Source: a virus
Direction: 5' to 3' (one strand)
Length of the DNA stretch: 64,000 nt
IMG/VR virus record: IMGVR_UViG_3300049046_000039
Span: 51,802-115,801 of that record
The first letter of the stretch is position 1; each line of letters starts with the position of its first letter. The translations under genes and the position numbers were made by a program. This document shows, one piece after another, positions 60,649-64,000 of the stretch. The notes beneath the pieces were generated by a model. It saw only the letters and a list, made by a program, of their open reading frames with translations. It was not told where the DNA came from and made no database searches.

Positions 60649-61919
60649 TATAAAAAGAAACCTTCAATTGTTGAAGCACCACCGCCGACCTCTTTAGAGA
60701 TCGGTGCATTAGCTCTAGCCGCAGCAGCATTTGCGTTGGTGCTTAGTCTCTGGAAGACGTTAAACTGGCAGCAGGCGATCTCTACACCGAAGGTAGTATA
60801 TTGACCTAGCTCTGTAGCCTCTCTCATATACTTATAATCCATCTCCGAAGAAATGTCAAGGTATTTGTGCTGGTTGTCCCTTAAGTGTAGAATGAGATGC
60901 ATGCTGGTAGATGCATTAATAGCAACATTAGGGAATAGACATTTGAGAGTAGCGCAGGCGCCTGGACCAGCAACCACGTAGTCAGCATTCTCGTCAAGGT
61001 TTCCATGATCAATTCCTAGTTTACTAAAAGCGACAGCGTACTCTCTGTCGATAAGAGATGCGGCACCGATGCCTGGCATTCGAGCTAAGTTAGAAGAAAA
61101 GTGGTAGCCGTAGTAGGGACCAATACCACGAGTAGCAGTTAAGTACTCGTAGCTCTGCTTCATGGTCGGCTTAGTCTTATAGAACTCGATCCACTGAGGA
61201 GCCATGCTCTTAATCCATACGATCATGTCGGAAGTTCTCATCTTCCTAGTCTCGTCTGGATTCTTAGATGCAGCGATGATGGTCTTATTGTTAAAGCTCA
61301 GACCGCGCTTATCGAGCGTAGTGAGTCTGCTTCTAGCGTAGTTTCTAGAAGCTACCTGCAGTGAGGTGCGAAGTTCGGTAGTACCCCAAATCTGCTCTTT
61401 GTGATGAGATGCTAGTTCGATGTTACTTACGAGAGTGTACTCGTAGTCCTCATCTTCTCGCAGTCGATTAAAGTCAATGTAGGGGGTTTCGGTCTTTGTG
61501 AGATACGGGATGTCTGATGCATATCCCGTAATGATGTCGAGGGTTCTTGAAGGACCGTAGAACTTAACGATAGCGGAGTTGATGAGCTTATTCTCAAAGC
61601 TGACACTCGTGTCGTAATATAACCTTCCATTGAGCCAGATGACTTCATCGTGAAAGCTACGGTTGGGGTGGAAGTATGGAACCGGCTTTCCAGCCACGAC
61701 GAATCCAGTCCCAAATTCACTATCGTGGGTGTACCCGTTTTGGGCGTAATCTTCAAATGACTCATGAGTCTTTCCAATTCGGACAGACCATTCTCGCTTA
61801 TTAAACTCTCGAATGAAGTTACCCCACTGCTTTCTTACAATGTGGTCACATCTGTCCCATATTTGTTCTGAATTAAGTTGTAGTACTTGGTCTGTCTTCA
61901 GGACTTCCATGCCAAACAT
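60648..61919 (-). CDS. aGPT-Pplase1-like (amino acid:DNA transferase family) protein
   Basis: F..NR..D, GIGPYYGYH, VVAGPGA, VEIACCQF resemble the clade-1 motifs. Confidence 0.6.
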   Translation of the reverse strand: MFGMEVLKTDQVLQLNSEQIWDRCDHIVRKQWGNFIREFNKREWSVRIGKTHESFEDYAQNGYTHDSEFGTGFVVAGKPVPYFHPNRSFHDEVIWLNGRLYYDTSVSFENKLINSAIVKFYGPSRTLDIITGYASDIPYLTKTETPYIDFNRLREDEDYEYTLVSNIELASHHKEQIWGTTELRTSLQVASRNYARSRLTTLDKRGLSFNNKTIIAASKNPDETRKMRTSDMIVWIKSMAPQWIEFYKTKPTMKQSYEYLTATRGIGPYYGYHFSSNLARMPGIGAASLIDREYAVAFSKLGIDHGNLDENADYVVAGPGACATLKCLFPNVAINASTSMHLILHLRDNQHKYLDISSEMDYKYMREATELGQYTTFGVEIACCQFNVFQRLSTNANAAAARANAPISKEVGGGASTIEGFFL

Positions 61920-62277
61920 TCTCTTTCTCGACCAAGTCGTGCACTAGTAATACTACAGGAACATCTACAATCTTACGAATCTCTTCGGCTTGAACTGGAT
62001 CGTCCTCGAAGTGAACTCCGACCTTTATGCCATAGCTAAGAAGAAGCTTTAGAGTCTCTCCCTTATGCTTACCAGATGCTTCGCGAGTCTTCTCGGTAAA
62101 CTTTAGTGGACTGTAGAATACAGTATTGTAGACGCCAACACTATGAAGCCACTCGTTAGTATACTTAGCTTCTTCGAAAGAACGGCCGGTGATGATAATG
62201 TCACCATACATTGGAGTAAGTCCTCGGTAGTCTGGACCGAGGTTGATTACACCGTCAATGTCGTATGTGTTGATCAA
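61873..62277 (-). CDS. HAD-superfamily phosphatase
   Basis: YDIDGV, ITGRS, K, FEDD. Confidence 0.8.
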   Translation of the reverse strand: MINTYDIDGVINLGPDYRGLTPMYGDIIITGRSFEEAKYTNEWLHSVGVYNTVFYSPLKFTEKTREASGKHKGETLKLLLSYGIKVGVHFEDDPVQAEEIRKIVDVPVVLLVHDLVEKENVWHGSPEDRPSTTT

Positions 62278-62456
62278 GAGTACGCATCCTTCGCTCTTTC
62301 TCTAGCCTGATCGATTAGATCAGCAACGTAGTCTTTATAGCGCTCGTTGACGTGTTTTTCAGCATACTGTTCAGCTTCATCTTCAGTGCACTCAGGGTTT
62401 TCGAGAGTGTACTCTTCGATAAGATCTTCGTAAGCAAGAATCCACATGTCTTTCAT
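62274..62456 (-). CDS. hypothetical protein
   Basis: coupled ORF. Confidence 0.6.
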   Translation of the reverse strand: MKDMWILAYEDLIEEYTLENPECTEDEAEQYAEKHVNERYKDYVADLIDQARERAKDAYS

Positions 62457-62761
62457 CGGTCAGTCCATTCGTAAATAGAGTTGTGAGTTCTAAACTTAAC
62501 GTAGCGATACTCGCCTTGCTCGTCTTCTCGCATCTCGTCTTCGAGTATCTCTTGAACTTCTGTAGTCTGCCACCAGTCTTGTCCTGAGTAGGACCTCGCA
62601 AATAGAGATCCTACTCGAACACAATAACCTACTACTGGAATTTCAGATTGAATGTATTCAATCTCAACCTGATCGTTTTCGTTCAAGGAGTACTTGAAAA
62701 ATTGACACATAGGTCCGCTGTCGCCGCCGATGCCGCCGGCGCGCCATAACGAATATACCAT
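62453..62761 (-). CDS. hypothetical protein
   Basis: coupled ORF. Confidence 0.65.
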   Translation of the reverse strand: MVYSLWRAGGIGGDSGPMCQFFKYSLNENDQVEIEYIQSEIPVVGYCVRVGSLFARSYSGQDWWQTTEVQEILEDEMREDEQGEYRYVKFRTHNSIYEWTDR

Positions 62762-62762
62762 G

Positions 62763-64000
62763 TTACTTTACGCTTTCGAGATTCTTTACAGTAACGCTTC
62801 CGTCTGAGTGAGTAGTTACTTCAGCCACGTCAGGAAGATTATGAGTCGCGAGACTGTTAGTGAGACGACGGTTAGCCAGAGCTTCACACTCGCGGTGTGC
62901 GTCGTCGATCATCATCTGCGTAGGAGGCGTCTTTTGAGTCGCTGCAGAAGGACCTCGAAGAGAACCAACAAGACCCATTTCGCGAGCCACCTGAAGATAA
63001 CGGATAGCATCGATCACGACTCCTGCACTGTTTGGAGAGTCTTGAACTGATAAACGAGCGTCAAAGATGACTGGGGCGCCACCAAAGCCCTCGGCTTCAA
63101 TTCGGAAATGCGCGACCTTGTTGTCTCCATGGTACGCAATGTAGCTAGAAGGTCCCGCGTAAATACCATTCTTAGGGACAGGGATTCCTCGAATGTCATT
63201 CTGACTCCTGATAACGTTTTCCTTACTGATCTTCTTCGAGGCCAGACGAGTCTGGTCCATCATGTTGAGGAAGTCAGTGTTACCACCATGGTTGGTCTGC
63301 TCGTGGAACTTAACCTTCATACCACGATTGAAGAAGAGCTCTTGAAGAGCTTGAGACATGATCGAAGCGCCGAGCTGCGATCTCATGTCGTCGCCAATAG
63401 CAGGAATGCCGGCAGCTTTAATGCGCTTCTCCCACTTAGGGTCAGAAACGATAAAGACTGGAATGCAGTTAACGAAAGGAACTTTAGCCTTGAGGCATCC
63501 CTCGACGTAAAACTCCGTAGCTTCCTGAGAGCCGACTGGCAGGTAGTTAAGAACTACGTCTACTTCATGGTCGATAAGGTCTTGAACGAGCTGCTCTTTA
63601 GTAAGCTGCTCGCTTACTTCATCGATGCGGAAAGACTCGTCCTCGTCCCAGTTAATCATGTGAGAAGCAACACCGTCGAGTACTCGACCCATCTTAACTT
63701 CTGTTCTGATGATGTGACCTTCTCTAGTCTCACCGACACAGCAAATGTCTGGCAGACTGTCTTTGTCAATCTGCATGTCCATGGCGCAGTTAGGCTTTGC
63801 GTAGATAGCATCGTCTAGATACTGTCCAACCTTACGGGGGTCGACGTCATAAGCTAGAACAAACTCGATGTTGTCTGCTGTATAGCCACCAATTTCAGGA
63901 AATGCTAGACCAGCTGTCTCGCCAGTCTTAGAGTATAGAGCTACGCCTTCGATAAGGCTCTTAGCACAATTGCCGACACCAATGACGGCGACGCGAATTT
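62763..64000 (-). CDS. ino1: myo-inositol-1-phosphate synthase, 5'-truncated by window edge
   Basis: frame open to 64000: IRVAVIGVGNCAKSL; YLPVGS, FVNCIP, GDD..SQ.GA, GGNTDFLN, SKKISK, DSPNSAG. Confidence 0.95.
   Translation of the reverse strand, partial: IRVAVIGVGNCAKSLIEGVALYSKTGETAGLAFPEIGGYTADNIEFVLAYDVDPRKVGQYLDDAIYAKPNCAMDMQIDKDSLPDICCVGETREGHIIRTEVKMGRVLDGVASHMINWDEDESFRIDEVSEQLTKEQLVQDLIDHEVDVVLNYLPVGSQEATEFYVEGCLKAKVPFVNCIPVFIVSDPKWEKRIKAAGIPAIGDDMRSQLGASIMSQALQELFFNRGMKVKFHEQTNHGGNTDFLNMMDQTRLASKKISKENVIRSQNDIRGIPVPKNGIYAGPSSYIAYHGDNKVAHFRIEAEGFGGAPVIFDARLSVQDSPNSAGVVIDAIRYLQVAREMGLVGSLRGPSAATQKTPPTQMMIDDAHRECEALANRRLTNSLATHNLPDVAEVTTHSDGSVTVKNLESVK

Noticed and set aside
29-63818. 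Plus-strand ORFs in the track other than 37047-38238, and nested alternate-frame minus ORFs
   Set aside because: Antisense or out-of-frame shadows of well-supported genes, with no motifs or RBS.
1-64000. Genome-wide TAG reassignment (genetic code 15)
   Set aside because: Long genes are intact in code 11, and TAG ends several genes normally (5603, 10737, 10996, 11267, 30100, 38238, 41868).

Overview
Segment of a large T4-like (Tevenvirinae-related) myophage genome, almost all on the minus strand; the host is inferred to be an alphaproteobacterium. It carries the T4 replication core (gp43, gp41, gp61, UvsX, gp44/62/45, RegA), nucleotide metabolism genes (NrdA/B, glutaredoxin, ThyX, MazG), an Acb1/gp57B-like anti-CBASS protein, a plus-strand endolysin/spanin cassette and 36 CCA-ending tRNA genes whose anticodons cover all 20 amino acids, several structurally odd. 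Three candidate systems stand out. (1) An amber-readthrough module (4.0-5.6 kb): a tRNA(CUA), an 83-codon gene with an in-frame TAG at codon 6, a coupled 9-codon mini-ORF M-R-TAG-N-S-T-G-P-P-stop, and a Pth2-like gene. (2) Nine copies of a covarying RNA scaffold (7-bp closing stem + CAGCAA) carrying tRNA-mimic cargo, seven of them around a DUF2828 Ro60/TROVE-like vWA gene, resembling a Ro/Y-RNA-like array. (3) A DNA-modification-type cluster (56-64 kb) combining myo-inositol-1-phosphate synthase, a HAD phosphatase, an aGPT-Pplase1-like DNA transferase, an SGNH-like protein, an atypical C5-methyltransferase and a GT-A glycosyltransferase. All calls are from reading motifs by eye; no searches were run.
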